A stretch of 16,949 bases of DNA from the IMG/VR virus record IMGVR_UViG_2534681675_000024; one strand, written 5' to 3'. Source of the stretch: a virus (taxonomy: Duplodnaviria; Heunggongvirae; Uroviricota; Caudoviricetes). This document shows, in pieces, positions 1 through 8,730 of the stretch. A program made the translations under genes and the position numbers. The notes beneath the pieces were generated by a model that worked only from the letters and a program-made list of their open reading frames with translations, searched no databases and had not been told where the DNA came from. Numbering within the stretch: the stretch's first letter is position 1; each line of letters opens with the position of its first letter.

Positions 1-1269
1 ATGCCAAAACTCACAGATATGCAGATCCGCGCATGGATAAAGGCGGGAGACAGATTTGATGGCAAGGCAGACGGCAACGGCCTTTATATTTGCTACCCCA
101 AAAACTACACAGTCCCGTTCTGGCGATTCCGATATAAGCTCGCAGGAAAACAGCGGGCTATGGTTATCGGCTCTTACTCCGAACTGTCACTATCAAAAGC
201 CAGAGAAACAGCAAAAGAGCTGTCAGCCAGAGTTGCTCTTGGCTATGACGTAGCAGCAGAAAAACAGGAACGAAAAGCTGAAGCACTGGCAAAAATGGAG
301 GCTGAGAAAAACGCCATGCGCGTTTCAGATCTGGCCTCCGAATACTTCGAGCGCCAGATACTTCCGAGATGGAAACATCCCGATATCCTTCGCCGGAGAA
401 TTGATAAGGATATTAACCCCTGCATTGGGCATATGAAGGTAGAGGACGTTAAGCCACGCCACATTGACGACATGTTGAAAGGTATCGTTGACCGAGGAGC
501 ACCAACGATAGCAACAGATGTATTACGCTGGACACGCCGTATCTTTGACTATGGGATAAAACGCCACGCTCTGGAGATAAACCCTTGTTCAGCGTTTGAA
601 GTATCTGATGCTGGTGGTAAAGAGGTTTCCCGCGACCGTTGGCTAACTCGCGATGAGCTTATCAGGCTATTCGAGGCTATGCGCACCGCAAAAGGATTCA
701 GCCGCCAGAACGAACTGACATTTAAGCTATTGCTGGCACTATGCGTTCGTAAGATGGAGTTATGCGCCGCACGATGGGAAGAGTTTGATTTAGATGGTGC
801 GGTATGGCATTTGCCGGAAGAACGCAGCAAAAACGGAGACCCTATTGATATACCTCTACCTTCCCCAGCCGTTGAATGGTTGAGAGAGCTACACACCTTT
901 TCATGTAATAGCGCATGGGTGCTTCCAGCCAGGAAGATGCAAAACAGAATGATCCCACATATTCAGGAAAGCACTTTACCCGTAGCACTGGCTAAGGTTC
1001 GCGCCGAAATGCCGGATGTGCCTAATTTCACGATTCACGACTTCCGGCGTACCGCACGTACTCATTTAGCAGCATTGGGTGTTGATCCTGTCGTGGCGGA
1101 ACGATGCCTCAATCATCGCATTAAGGGTGTGGAGGGGATTTATAACCGCCATCAGTATTTTGATGAGCGTAAAGCTGCGCTGGCACAGTGGGCTGATCTG
1201 CTGGTGGCACTGGAAAGCGGGAAAGACTACAACGTAACGCCATTCGATAAAGCCCGGAGGCAAATGTGA
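1..1269 (+). CDS. int: Tyrosine site-specific integrase (P4 / CP4-57-like phage integrase family)
   Basis: 422-aa ORF starting at window position 1. The C-terminal region carries the tyrosine-recombinase catalytic pattern (HDFRRT, then HRIKGVEGIYNRHQY with the presumed nucleophilic Tyr). Size and N-terminal arm-binding region fit P4-type integrases. The att site and any tRNA lie upstream, outside the window. Confidence 0.93.
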   Translation: MPKLTDMQIRAWIKAGDRFDGKADGNGLYICYPKNYTVPFWRFRYKLAGKQRAMVIGSYSELSLSKARETAKELSARVALGYDVAAEKQERKAEALAKMEAEKNAMRVSDLASEYFERQILPRWKHPDILRRRIDKDINPCIGHMKVEDVKPRHIDDMLKGIVDRGAPTIATDVLRWTRRIFDYGIKRHALEINPCSAFEVSDAGGKEVSRDRWLTRDELIRLFEAMRTAKGFSRQNELTFKLLLALCVRKMELCAARWEEFDLDGAVWHLPEERSKNGDPIDIPLPSPAVEWLRELHTFSCNSAWVLPARKMQNRMIPHIQESTLPVALAKVRAEMPDVPNFTIHDFRRTARTHLAALGVDPVVAERCLNHRIKGVEGIYNRHQYFDERKAALAQWADLLVALESGKDYNVTPFDKARRQM

Positions 1270-1916
1270 ACAACATCTTGAGAAAATCGCCAATCGAACG
1301 GCTTTGTTCATCTGTATCGATTACCCCTCATGAAATGGCTGTGGCCTTGGCTGGCCTAAACCCATCTATGCGCATTAGCGATGTGCCTGAGGAAAATTTC
1401 GAATATGTCGATTTTGTCAGAACTCATCTTGCCAGAGCTATCAAGGTGTACAGAGGTGAAAAAACTAGTAAAGACGAGCCTTGCCATGCCCTTGATATTT
1501 TCTTAGCTTCTTACCCATTTATTGACACAAATACACCAGAAATAATTGTTCAGAAAATATCAGAAGCGATTGATGATTTGCGTGGCACCAAGGGCTGGGA
1601 AGAAAAAGCCCGAAACCTTGGAGGACTCCAGTTAGTAAACTACATCAAAGAAACCAACCGCAGCGGACGTGGGCAGCATAGAAAGCAGGATGAGGAAAAC
1701 GGGACAATGAAAATGATGGGGTTGATAGTACATCTGCTGATAAAAAAATCAGGCTCATCTTCCTACATCCAAAATGGGAAACCTAATCGCACAGCTATAT
1801 ACCGTGACATAGAAACCTTAATCAAGGATGAAGGGATATCCCATAAAGGAATAGCAAAAGCCACATTCCTAGAAAAAATCTCACGGGCTTTATTAGCTGT
1901 CCACGATCTCGACTAA
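1266..1916 (+). CDS. Hypothetical protein (216 aa), AT-rich orphan gene between int and alpA
   Basis: ORF begins at GTG 1266, overlapping the int stop (ATGTGA), with an SD-like CGGAGG about 5 nt upstream. The first in-frame ATG is at 1335, so the start is uncertain. I recognise no domain. The gene is visibly more AT-rich than int and is followed by a long AT-rich intergenic region. Confidence 0.6.
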   Translation: MNNILRKSPIERLCSSVSITPHEMAVALAGLNPSMRISDVPEENFEYVDFVRTHLARAIKVYRGEKTSKDEPCHALDIFLASYPFIDTNTPEIIVQKISEAIDDLRGTKGWEEKARNLGGLQLVNYIKETNRSGRGQHRKQDEENGTMKMMGLIVHLLIKKSGSSSYIQNGKPNRTAIYRDIETLIKDEGISHKGIAKATFLEKISRALLAVHDLD

Positions 1917-2273
1917 TCACTTTTCACGCCCCTCCAAAGCAATGGCGGGGCATTACCTGTTTACCCATCTCCACCAGCATAGATAATTCTCGCCCAGCTA
2001 TTGCTATATCTGTTCGGCTTAGTTCATCTGTAATCACCCCATCTCTAAAAGATACGCCAGCTATCATTAGCCATTTTAAGCCATCATGAGCCATTATAAA
2101 CCGACTCAACCAATTGAATAATAAAAGATAAAAAGAAATGTAAAAACATGATGAATGACGATGAAAGATATAACTCTTTGATAAAACAATGATTTTTTAA
2201 ACTGGTAACTAATTGAAAATAAAGAAAATAATTATCCCACCTGCATTTGCAATCTTTCAGTGGATCGGCATTT

Positions 2274-2306
2274 TTTCAATAGATTTATAATTTCTTTCAA
2301 TAGATT
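2274..2306 (+). promoter_or_regulatory. Candidate promoter/operator upstream of alpA: TATAAT flanked by two TTTCAATAGATT direct repeats
   Basis: The 12-bp motif TTTCAATAGATT occurs at 2274-2285 and 2295-2306 (21-bp spacing), bracketing a perfect TATAAT hexamer at 2286-2291, about 95 bp upstream of the alpA ATG. No good -35 hexamer is evident. Confidence 0.4.
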
Positions 2307-2386
2307 CTAGTCTTAATAGAAATACTGTATGGGCAACCACTAAACTTTAAGTAACTTCATGAGCTATCAGAGAGGTTACTAGAGAT

Positions 2387-2605
2387 ATGACAGCACACAA
2401 GCCAGCATCATCAGCTATCCCAACAACTGGATACATCCGTCGCTTTCGCATGCCGGAATTGCTAGGTGTTTCACTGCCTACTATTGATAGATGGGTTAAA
2501 AATGGCACTCTTCCACGCCCAGTGAAGCTAACAGATAACGTGACTGCGTTTGATGCGGTGGAAATTAATAACTGGCTGGCAGAACGCCGCGGGAAGGTGG
2601 CCTGA
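2387..2605 (+). CDS. alpA: AlpA-family helix-turn-helix transcriptional regulator (phage excisionase/activator-like)
   Basis: 72-aa ORF with the AlpA-type HTH segment RMPELLGVSLPTIDRWVKNGTLPRPVKL. Its stop overlaps the next gene's start (TGATG). Position just downstream of int is typical of AlpA in P4-like and PICI-like elements. Confidence 0.85.
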   Translation: MTAHKPASSAIPTTGYIRRFRMPELLGVSLPTIDRWVKNGTLPRPVKLTDNVTAFDAVEINNWLAERRGKVA

Positions 2606-3036
2606 TGGAAAAGAAAAACCGCCCATTACAGGCGGCTAATTCAGATATTCGCGTATCTGATATTACGCCCCTTACAAAATCCCTTCAAGCACCAAAGCGC
2701 ACACCGAAAAAGCATCGTGCCCGAGTCTATATGCTGCGTACTGGTATAGAGGGATGGACAGAAAATGACATTCTTCGCTACTGCCGTCTGTCTTCTGGTC
2801 GTAACTATGCAACAGAGTTAGAACGCCAGCTTGGAATCACTCTGGAGCGTATCGACGAAAAGAATCCTGATGGTATCGGAACACACCTTCGCTACCGTTT
2901 CTCCTGCCGTGGTGATGTTCTGAAAGTGATCACTCATGTTAACCATCTTGCGAGCATAAATGATCACAACGGACTTTCTCAGCAGGAAATTGCCGACATT
3001 CTGAAACTCTACCCGGACGCGTTTAACGCCGCCTAA
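2605..3036 (+). CDS. Hypothetical protein (143 aa), basic N-terminus, co-transcribed with alpA
   Basis: Start is translationally coupled to the alpA stop. Composition looks protein-like and the N-terminal region is basic (KRTPKKHRARVY). No recognisable domain. Confidence 0.65.
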   Translation: MEKKNRPLQAANSDIRVSDITPLTKSLQAPKRTPKKHRARVYMLRTGIEGWTENDILRYCRLSSGRNYATELERQLGITLERIDEKNPDGIGTHLRYRFSCRGDVLKVITHVNHLASINDHNGLSQQEIADILKLYPDAFNAA

Positions 3037-3048
3037 CGGAGACTGAAA

Positions 3049-3882
3049 ATGAACATCGAAAAAAGCAGATTAATTTCTGAGGCCGCCCCTCATCTGAACG
3101 CCTCTCTGGGCACAATTAACGGTAATGAATTTGCCGCAATTGTCCCGGTTATTCCTGGTCATATCGGTGGGCGTGAAACCAATATTGTTAGCGCAAAAGC
3201 GTTACACAAAGCGTTGGGCGTGGGAAAAGACTTCTCTACATGGATCACTGATCGCATCTCTGAATATGACTTCACCATTGGGCACGATTACTCAGTCCAT
3301 AAAACAATTTCCCCAAATTTGGGGAAAAGCCCGAATGGCGCGGCTTACAGCAAGATTAAGCACTCTGGCAGACCCGGCAAAGACTATCTGTTAAGTGTCG
3401 GAATGGCGAAAGAACTGGCAATGATCGAACGCAATGATCAGGGTCGCGCTATCCGTCGTTATTTCATCCAGTGCGAGGAAGAATTACAGCGTACCGTGCC
3501 TGAAATCGCCGCCCGCTATCGTCGCCAGCTAAAAGCCCGTATCAGTGCCGCAAACAACTTTAAGCCAATGTGCGATGCGCTGAACATGGCCCGTGCCGAG
3601 CAGGGGAAAACGACGCAGCAACACCACTACACAAACGAGAGCAATATGATTTCTCGTATCGTTCTTGGTGGGCTAACTGCTAAGCAGTGGGCGCGGATAA
3701 ATGGCTATTCTGGCGAACCTCGCGACCATATGAACGCAGAACAGCTTGAACACCTCTCATATCTCGAAAGCACCAATATCACGTTAATTGATATGGGCAT
3801 GGAATATGAGCAGCGCAAAGGAGAACTCACCCGCCTGTCGCAACGCTGGCTCGCCAAGCGTCTGGAGGCGGTCCATGTTTAA
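3049..3882 (+). CDS. Phage antirepressor-like protein (AntA/AntB-type N-terminal domain, Rha/KilAC-like C-terminal region)
   Basis: 277-aa ORF with GGAG about 8 nt upstream. The N-terminal segment SAKALHKALGVGKDFSTWITDRISEYDFTIGHDY matches the AntA-type antirepressor signature. The central segment YLLSVGMAKELAMIERNDQGRAIRRYFIQCEE resembles KilAC/Rha-type regulatory domains. Confidence 0.78.
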   Translation: MNIEKSRLISEAAPHLNASLGTINGNEFAAIVPVIPGHIGGRETNIVSAKALHKALGVGKDFSTWITDRISEYDFTIGHDYSVHKTISPNLGKSPNGAAYSKIKHSGRPGKDYLLSVGMAKELAMIERNDQGRAIRRYFIQCEEELQRTVPEIAARYRRQLKARISAANNFKPMCDALNMARAEQGKTTQQHHYTNESNMISRIVLGGLTAKQWARINGYSGEPRDHMNAEQLEHLSYLESTNITLIDMGMEYEQRKGELTRLSQRWLAKRLEAVHV

Positions 3883-4054
3883 GCCGACAGGAACACCACA
3901 ACCACAAAAACGCTACAAAGATGCCCACGGAGCACTCGTTACTGTCGAAAGCGTGTCTCACAACCGAGTGACGTTTTATCGCGACGGGTATCAATCGCCA
4001 TGCGTACAACCGCTGGCGCGTTTCATGAAGGAGTTCGCGGAGGTTAACCAATGA
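3875..4054 (+). CDS. Small hypothetical protein (59 aa)
   Basis: ATG at 3875 overlaps the antirepressor stop (ATGTTTAA), and its own stop overlaps the ATG at 4051. No domain recognised. Confidence 0.45.
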   Translation: MFKPTGTPQPQKRYKDAHGALVTVESVSHNRVTFYRDGYQSPCVQPLARFMKEFAEVNQ

Positions 4055-5082
4055 TACCCGTCCAGAAGAAGACATTTTCACTGGCTGGTATGTCTCCAAA
4101 ATCCAGCAATATGACGGCAAAGTCAGGCATTAATACAGCAGATACAAGCAAAGTTTATCATTTGCTGGTGGTCGGAACGGATGCCTTAACCATGCCAGAA
4201 ATCTCGGGCGATGATATTAGCGTTGAGAAGGTCAGCGGCTGCGCCAGAGAATTTCTGGTCGTAGATGACCTGTTCTGCTCGCGTAGTGACTCCACAAAAA
4301 TCTTCGTCCACGCGCGTGACGTTAACGAAATGAGCGCGATGTACTGTGCTTCTGGTGCTTCCAATAGCGAGTTTTCGGAGTCCATAAAAAAGAGCTTGCC
4401 GTTATGCGGCAACACGGTTTATGGTTATAAGGCACCTCATAAAACGGGTGCCGGGATTGGCCTCCCGCTGGAGTTATCGGCGATACATGACGCGCCAGCG
4501 TCTTTTTTTGTATCGGCGCACACGCACACCTTATCAATGGTGGGCTGTATGGGGCTACCTTCGGGTAGGCTGGTTTCCGATAACGCCAGTAAGGCCAACT
4601 CCGTACAGTCCACCGCCAGCAAGATTGGTCTCTTCTGCGGTGGTTATAACAAGCCAACGTTATCGGAGGATGCCACATGCTGGCTACTACCCCTACCCAA
4701 AAACCGCAATTTATCTGGATTATCGCCGCAGTTCGCCGCGATTGCCCGACAATTACCGCCAAAATTCATCATATTGCTGCCGAGTCTGAACGCGATGCTC
4801 GCCGTTCTCTGGTGCGCGATCACGTCTGCTTTTTTGCTGGTCGTATCCGCATGGAGGTGGCACATGATTAAAACCTACGATGTGCATATGGACCCCCTCG
4901 AACGCACAAGCCAGATCATCACACTGACAGAAGTGATTAATGACATTCTGGTGAGCAACTCTCCCTCACGAGACGAAAAACTGAAGGCGTTACTCGCGAT
5001 ATTGGATCTCGCCGTTCGTGACGTTCATTTCCTGCTGGAAGGTGGCGAAATGCCAGTAAAACGGGGGGCAACCAATGAATAA
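4051..5082 (+). CDS. Uncertain long ORF (343 codons); possibly several short genes or a partly non-coding leader
   Basis: The frame is open for 343 codons and has a good SD (GGAGG, 7 nt before ATG 4051). However, the first ~270 residues are unusually Ser/Cys/Trp-rich, the frame contains a terminator-like hairpin plus T7 run (4489-4509), and two internal starts have strong SDs: 4677 in another frame (GGAGGA) and 4864 in-frame (GGAGGTGG). Confidence 0.35.
   Translation: MIPVQKKTFSLAGMSPKSSNMTAKSGINTADTSKVYHLLVVGTDALTMPEISGDDISVEKVSGCAREFLVVDDLFCSRSDSTKIFVHARDVNEMSAMYCASGASNSEFSESIKKSLPLCGNTVYGYKAPHKTGAGIGLPLELSAIHDAPASFFVSAHTHTLSMVGCMGLPSGRLVSDNASKANSVQSTASKIGLFCGGYNKPTLSEDATCWLLPLPKNRNLSGLSPQFAAIARQLPPKFIILLPSLNAMLAVLWCAITSAFLLVVSAWRWHMIKTYDVHMDPLERTSQIITLTEVINDILVSNSPSRDEKLKALLAILDLAVRDVHFLLEGGEMPVKRGATNE
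4489..4509 (+). terminator. Terminator-like hairpin (GACGC-GCCA-GCGTC) followed by T7
   Basis: A 5-bp GC stem with a 4-nt loop is followed immediately by TTTTTTT. The stem is short, so function is uncertain. It lies inside the dubious 4051-5082 ORF. Confidence 0.3.
4864..5082 (+). CDS. Small hypothetical protein (72 aa), alternative in-frame start within the 4051-5082 ORF
   Basis: A strong SD (GGAGGTGG, 4853-4860) sits 3 nt before ATG 4864. The downstream sequence has ordinary helical-protein composition, and its stop overlaps the next start (ATGAATAA at 5075). Confidence 0.4.
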   Translation: MIKTYDVHMDPLERTSQIITLTEVINDILVSNSPSRDEKLKALLAILDLAVRDVHFLLEGGEMPVKRGATNE

Positions 5083-5269
5083 CTCAATTAATACCCCTCG
5101 CCTTACGTCCGCACTTCAATTAATCGAGCAAGCAGCGGCTGTCCTGGTTGCTGTCAGTCTTTCGGCTGAAGAAATGGACGCTACTGATGTCGTGGATGCG
5201 ATTAAAGCGTGCTCATCTTTGGTTAACGATGCCCGTGCAGAGCTGGTAATTCTTGGGGGTGAAAAATGA
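5075..5269 (+). CDS. Small hypothetical protein (64 aa)
   Basis: G-rich SD-like stretch upstream. Overlaps the upstream stop and the downstream start (ATGA at 5266). Ala/Leu-rich helical composition. Confidence 0.55.
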   Translation: MNNSINTPRLTSALQLIEQAAAVLVAVSLSAEEMDATDVVDAIKACSSLVNDARAELVILGGEK

Positions 5270-5529
5270 ATATCAACTTAATTTATCGTCATCCGTGTGA
5301 GCTGGAAATTGAATCATTGCTGAGCCGTGAAGAGCCATATCCAGACACATTCACTCTTGCAGATCGCACGACTGAACGGCTTACCAGAGCGCGCACAGGT
5401 CTGGTTCATGTGATGAATGAGATTCTTCCATCGGTGGGAGGGGAACAGGCGACAGTAATCACTAGCTGGCTACAAAAAGTTACCTCTCTGATAGATATCA
5501 GTTTAATCGATGCGGAGAGTGCGAAATGA
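5266..5529 (+). CDS. Small hypothetical protein (87 aa)
   Basis: SD GGGGGTGA before ATG 5266; ATGA overlaps at both ends (translational coupling). Confidence 0.6.
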   Translation: MNINLIYRHPCELEIESLLSREEPYPDTFTLADRTTERLTRARTGLVHVMNEILPSVGGEQATVITSWLQKVTSLIDISLIDAESAK

Positions 5530-5747
5530 CCAACATCCAGCTCATCGAAGCGCAATGTCGCATCGAACAGGTTCAGACTGTTTTAGGGTTCTGGCTTGAA
5601 GGGGCCAGCCCCAGCAACAGAGACAAGTTAATGATTGGCGCGGTTATGTCACTGCTCAATGGCGTACCAGAAGCTATTCAGGAAGCGGACGAATTGTTGG
5701 GCAAATATGAGTTACAGAATCATTCAGGCGAGGCGAAACATGAATAA
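5526..5747 (+). CDS. Small hypothetical protein (73 aa)
   Basis: Coupled to its neighbours at both ends (ATGA overlap upstream, ATGAATAA overlap downstream). N-terminus (MTNIQLIEAQ) resembles that of the 5075 ORF ([20 protein letters not shown]), suggesting possible paralogy. Confidence 0.6.
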   Translation: MTNIQLIEAQCRIEQVQTVLGFWLEGASPSNRDKLMIGAVMSLLNGVPEAIQEADELLGKYELQNHSGEAKHE

Positions 5748-6342
5748 TTTCTTAACATTCCATGCAGAAGCAACGCCTGACGGCGTAAACATCATGCACC
5801 GCAGCAACGATGGCATGACAGAACGCGTTGAGACCGTCTCATATATTGATGCCGTAAATCGTCTGGATGCCGGGGATTATGACGATAAACCAGATGAAGG
5901 CATGTTTATACATCTCGCTATTGCCAGTGGCGGCAACCAGGGATATTTCGATTACACATCACAGCATCACGTGATTATGTGGCGCTGGCTGATAGCAACA
6001 GCATTCATCAATGAAATGAGAAAGGAAAACGGCACCGTCAGCATTATTGATGACAGTGGCAATCATTCCGTGGTTTCTGTTTATTCCAATGGCATCGTCG
6101 CCATGCCGCTGTATCCAGTAGCAGAGCGCCTCGCTATGGCAAACAACATTGAGGGCGCAATGATCGAGAAATATGGTGTTGATGTCGGAACAAAGAATGC
6201 CATCATTTTTTACAGCAACATGTTCGATGTCGAACAGGGAGCACTCACTTCGTTTGGGCGAGAAGTGCTTGCCGATCTTCACAACAGCTTTATTGCCGAA
6301 CTAAACGAAAACGGCATCCCAGAAGCACCAGTGACGCACTAA
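5740..6342 (+). CDS. Hypothetical protein (200 aa), immediately upstream of the primase
   Basis: ATG 5740 overlaps the upstream stop (ATGAATAA). The ORF track's longer 5635 start is probably an over-extension. No domain recognised. Confidence 0.65.
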   Translation: MNNFLTFHAEATPDGVNIMHRSNDGMTERVETVSYIDAVNRLDAGDYDDKPDEGMFIHLAIASGGNQGYFDYTSQHHVIMWRWLIATAFINEMRKENGTVSIIDDSGNHSVVSVYSNGIVAMPLYPVAERLAMANNIEGAMIEKYGVDVGTKNAIIFYSNMFDVEQGALTSFGREVLADLHNSFIAELNENGIPEAPVTH

Positions 6343-6354
6343 ACGGGGGCCAGA

Positions 6355-8706
6355 ATGCGAAACATTGATCTTATCCGTCAGGTTATCAGTGCGTCTGAAA
6401 ACAACTGGCCTCATGTGCTGGGCTGTCTGAACATAAATGTCCCTGACTCTCCGCGCCGTCATGCTCCCTGCCCTGCATGTGGGGGCAAAGATCGATTCCG
6501 GTTCGACGACAACGGGCGCGGTAGCTTCATCTGTAATCAGTGCGGCGCTGGTGATGGGCTGGATTTAATTAAACGCGTAAATAACTGCGACACAACAGAG
6601 GCGGCGCTTCTTGCCGCTGATGTTCTGGGTATTGATTACCGGACAACGGAAACACCAGAAGCCACCAGCCAGAAACGGGAACAACTGGAAACCGAGCGCC
6701 AGCGACGCGAACAGGAGCGCCTGAAAAGGGCAGAGAAGGACGAACAACAAAGACGGGATACGTTTTCCCGTCAGTTTGATGACATGCGCAGAAAGGCTGT
6801 AAACGGCAAATCTGATTATCTGGTTGCGAAAGGGGTAGGTGATTTTACATTCCCCGTGTTGCCAGATGGATCTCTGTTGCTGGCGCTGGTGGATAAATCC
6901 GGCGCAGTCACAGCAGCACAGACTATTACCTCACATGGTGAAAAAAGACTCCTGACAGGTTCAGCAAAGCGGGGGGCGTATCACGCCATAAACGCACAGA
7001 AACGACCTCACAGCATCATAATTGCTGAGGGTGTGGCTACCGCCCTGTCGTGCCATTTAATTCGCCCTGACGCAATGACAGTGGCAGCAATCGACGCTGG
7101 CAACCTGTTGCCAGTAGCGGAAGTCATGCGCAGAACATATCCACAGGCACAAATCATCATTGCCGCAGATAACGATCACCAGCAAGGAAACTCCGAAAGT
7201 GGAGGGATCAACACGGGGAAAGATGCCGCAGAGAGGGCCGCTATTTCCGTAGCTGGCTGGGTGTCTCTGCCACCGACTGACTATAAAGCCGACTGGAACG
7301 ACTATCACCAACAACACGGGCTGGCGGCAGCCACAGCAGCATTTAAAGATTCGATGTACCAGCCACGGGGGAAAGGGGCGCAGGTGAAAAATCACAAACA
7401 GTCAGTCGGGGCGCTTAATGAGATCAGTTCTGGCGAGGTGTTAAGCGATGATGAAATTGCTGTCCTCAAAGAAATCAACCGGACGTTTACGCATGTCACC
7501 ATCGGCGGGAAACACAAGGTGGTGTCGCTAAAGCCTTCTCAAACCGGCGGTGTATCGCACGTTTTCGAGGATTTATCACAATTTCAGCATTATTTTCATC
7601 ATAAACCGAGAGTCGCCAGAAAGCTGGCGGGATCGGCGTGGCTGTCATGGAGTGGGAAGAACTACAAGCCAGGAGGCGTAGGATTTTATCCAGTACCAGA
7701 CAAATGCCCTGACGATGTTTTTAATCTGTATGAGGGGCTGGCACTGGAACCAATTGAAGGAGATTGCACGGTATACCTTAATCACCTGTTGCAGGTTGTC
7801 TGTGCCGGTAATGAAGAGGCATACCAATATCTTATCCAGTGGATGGCGCACATTATCCAAAAGCCTGATGAAAAACCGTCCGTGGCAATCGTGATGAAAT
7901 CTGTCCCGGGCACAGGGAAAGGCACAACGGTTAAACCGCTGCTGCAAATACTGGGGCAGTACGCCGCCCACATTAACGGGGCGGGACATATTTCAGGGCG
8001 CTTCAATTCAATACTTGCTAACAAGCTACTGGTATTTGCTGACGAAGTGACGATCCACAAGCCGTCTGAAGCTGACAGACTTAAAGCGATTATTAGCGAA
8101 CCGACGTTTAACCTTGAGCGCAAGGGAATTGATGCTGAACCAATGCCGAATTTTGCCCGGTTGATATTTGCCAGTAACAGCACACAGGTATTACAGGCGG
8201 GGATAAGAGAGCGCCGCTATCTCGTGCTTGAGCCATCTCCTGAAAAAGCACAGAGCCGGGAGTATTTTGATCGGCTGTACAGTTGGCTTAATGATGGCGG
8301 TGCCGCAAAGTTGCTTTGGCATCTTAAAGGGGTGGATCTCTCAGGTTTTGACCCTCAACGAGCGCCACAGACCGATGCCTTACGTGAAGAAATCTTGCTG
8401 GGGCTGTCTGGCGTTGAATTGTTTCTTTATGGCGAGCTAATCAATGAACCTCCGTTTAATGGCGAAGTCCGTTTGTTTGCAAAGGATATGGTTAGTCGAT
8501 TTGTAGCGTGGTCGCTTGAGCGTGGGGAAAAGCTTAAAGAGCCAGCAGCCAGATCACTACTGGGTAAATCACTTGCACAAATGGGGCTGGTGAAGCATGG
8601 AAGACCAGACCGAGGGAATGGCGTGTTCTACGAACTACCAGAGGTCGGAGTTCTACAGGCTGCGTTTGCCCGTCTGATCGGTATGGGGGGTTATGATGTT
8701 TTTTAA
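6355..8706 (+). CDS. Replicative primase-helicase (zinc-finger + Toprim primase domain, C-terminal P-loop NTPase; P4 alpha / D5-like)
   Basis: 783-aa ORF with a G-rich SD. It has an N-terminal zinc-binding pair (CPACGG ... CNQCG), a Toprim-like acidic core (IIIAEGVATALS and AADNDHQQGN), and a C-terminal Walker A-like loop (VPGTGKGTT) with a Walker B-like hhhhDE (LLVFADEV). Size is close to P4 alpha. Confidence 0.9.
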   Translation: MRNIDLIRQVISASENNWPHVLGCLNINVPDSPRRHAPCPACGGKDRFRFDDNGRGSFICNQCGAGDGLDLIKRVNNCDTTEAALLAADVLGIDYRTTETPEATSQKREQLETERQRREQERLKRAEKDEQQRRDTFSRQFDDMRRKAVNGKSDYLVAKGVGDFTFPVLPDGSLLLALVDKSGAVTAAQTITSHGEKRLLTGSAKRGAYHAINAQKRPHSIIIAEGVATALSCHLIRPDAMTVAAIDAGNLLPVAEVMRRTYPQAQIIIAADNDHQQGNSESGGINTGKDAAERAAISVAGWVSLPPTDYKADWNDYHQQHGLAAATAAFKDSMYQPRGKGAQVKNHKQSVGALNEISSGEVLSDDEIAVLKEINRTFTHVTIGGKHKVVSLKPSQTGGVSHVFEDLSQFQHYFHHKPRVARKLAGSAWLSWSGKNYKPGGVGFYPVPDKCPDDVFNLYEGLALEPIEGDCTVYLNHLLQVVCAGNEEAYQYLIQWMAHIIQKPDEKPSVAIVMKSVPGTGKGTTVKPLLQILGQYAAHINGAGHISGRFNSILANKLLVFADEVTIHKPSEADRLKAIISEPTFNLERKGIDAEPMPNFARLIFASNSTQVLQAGIRERRYLVLEPSPEKAQSREYFDRLYSWLNDGGAAKLLWHLKGVDLSGFDPQRAPQTDALREEILLGLSGVELFLYGELINEPPFNGEVRLFAKDMVSRFVAWSLERGEKLKEPAARSLLGKSLAQMGLVKHGRPDRGNGVFYELPEVGVLQAAFARLIGMGGYDVF

Positions 8707-8730
8707 TATAGTCTTTTTACAAGAAGATCG

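Noticed and set aside
56-473. ORFs 56-253 (+) and 243-473 (-) overlapping the integrase
   Set aside because: Both lie wholly within the integrase CDS in other frames or antisense, with no independent signals.
1924-2109. Minus-strand 61-aa ORF overlapping the 3' end of the 216-aa gene
   Set aside because: No SD, and much of it is encoded by the tandem AGCCAT repeats read in reverse. More likely a regulatory repeat region than a gene, though a small protein cannot be fully excluded.
3125-3394. ORF 3125-3394 (+) inside the antirepressor gene
   Set aside because: Alternative frame of a gene with clear domain signatures; composition is junk-like.
4158-4865. Minus-strand and alternative-frame ORFs in the 4051-5082 region (4158-4415, 4322-4762, 4421-4789, 4437-4622, 4644-4865)
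   Set aside because: They overlap one another, have Trp/Arg/Pro-rich composition and no SD. The only ORF from this region that I keep as a possibility is 4677-4871, which has a strong SD.
7057-8183. Minus-strand ORFs inside the primase-helicase gene (7057-7395, 7645-7989, 7782-8183)
   Set aside because: They are antisense to a well-supported 783-aa gene and have Cys/Trp/Arg-rich composition typical of spurious reverse-frame ORFs.
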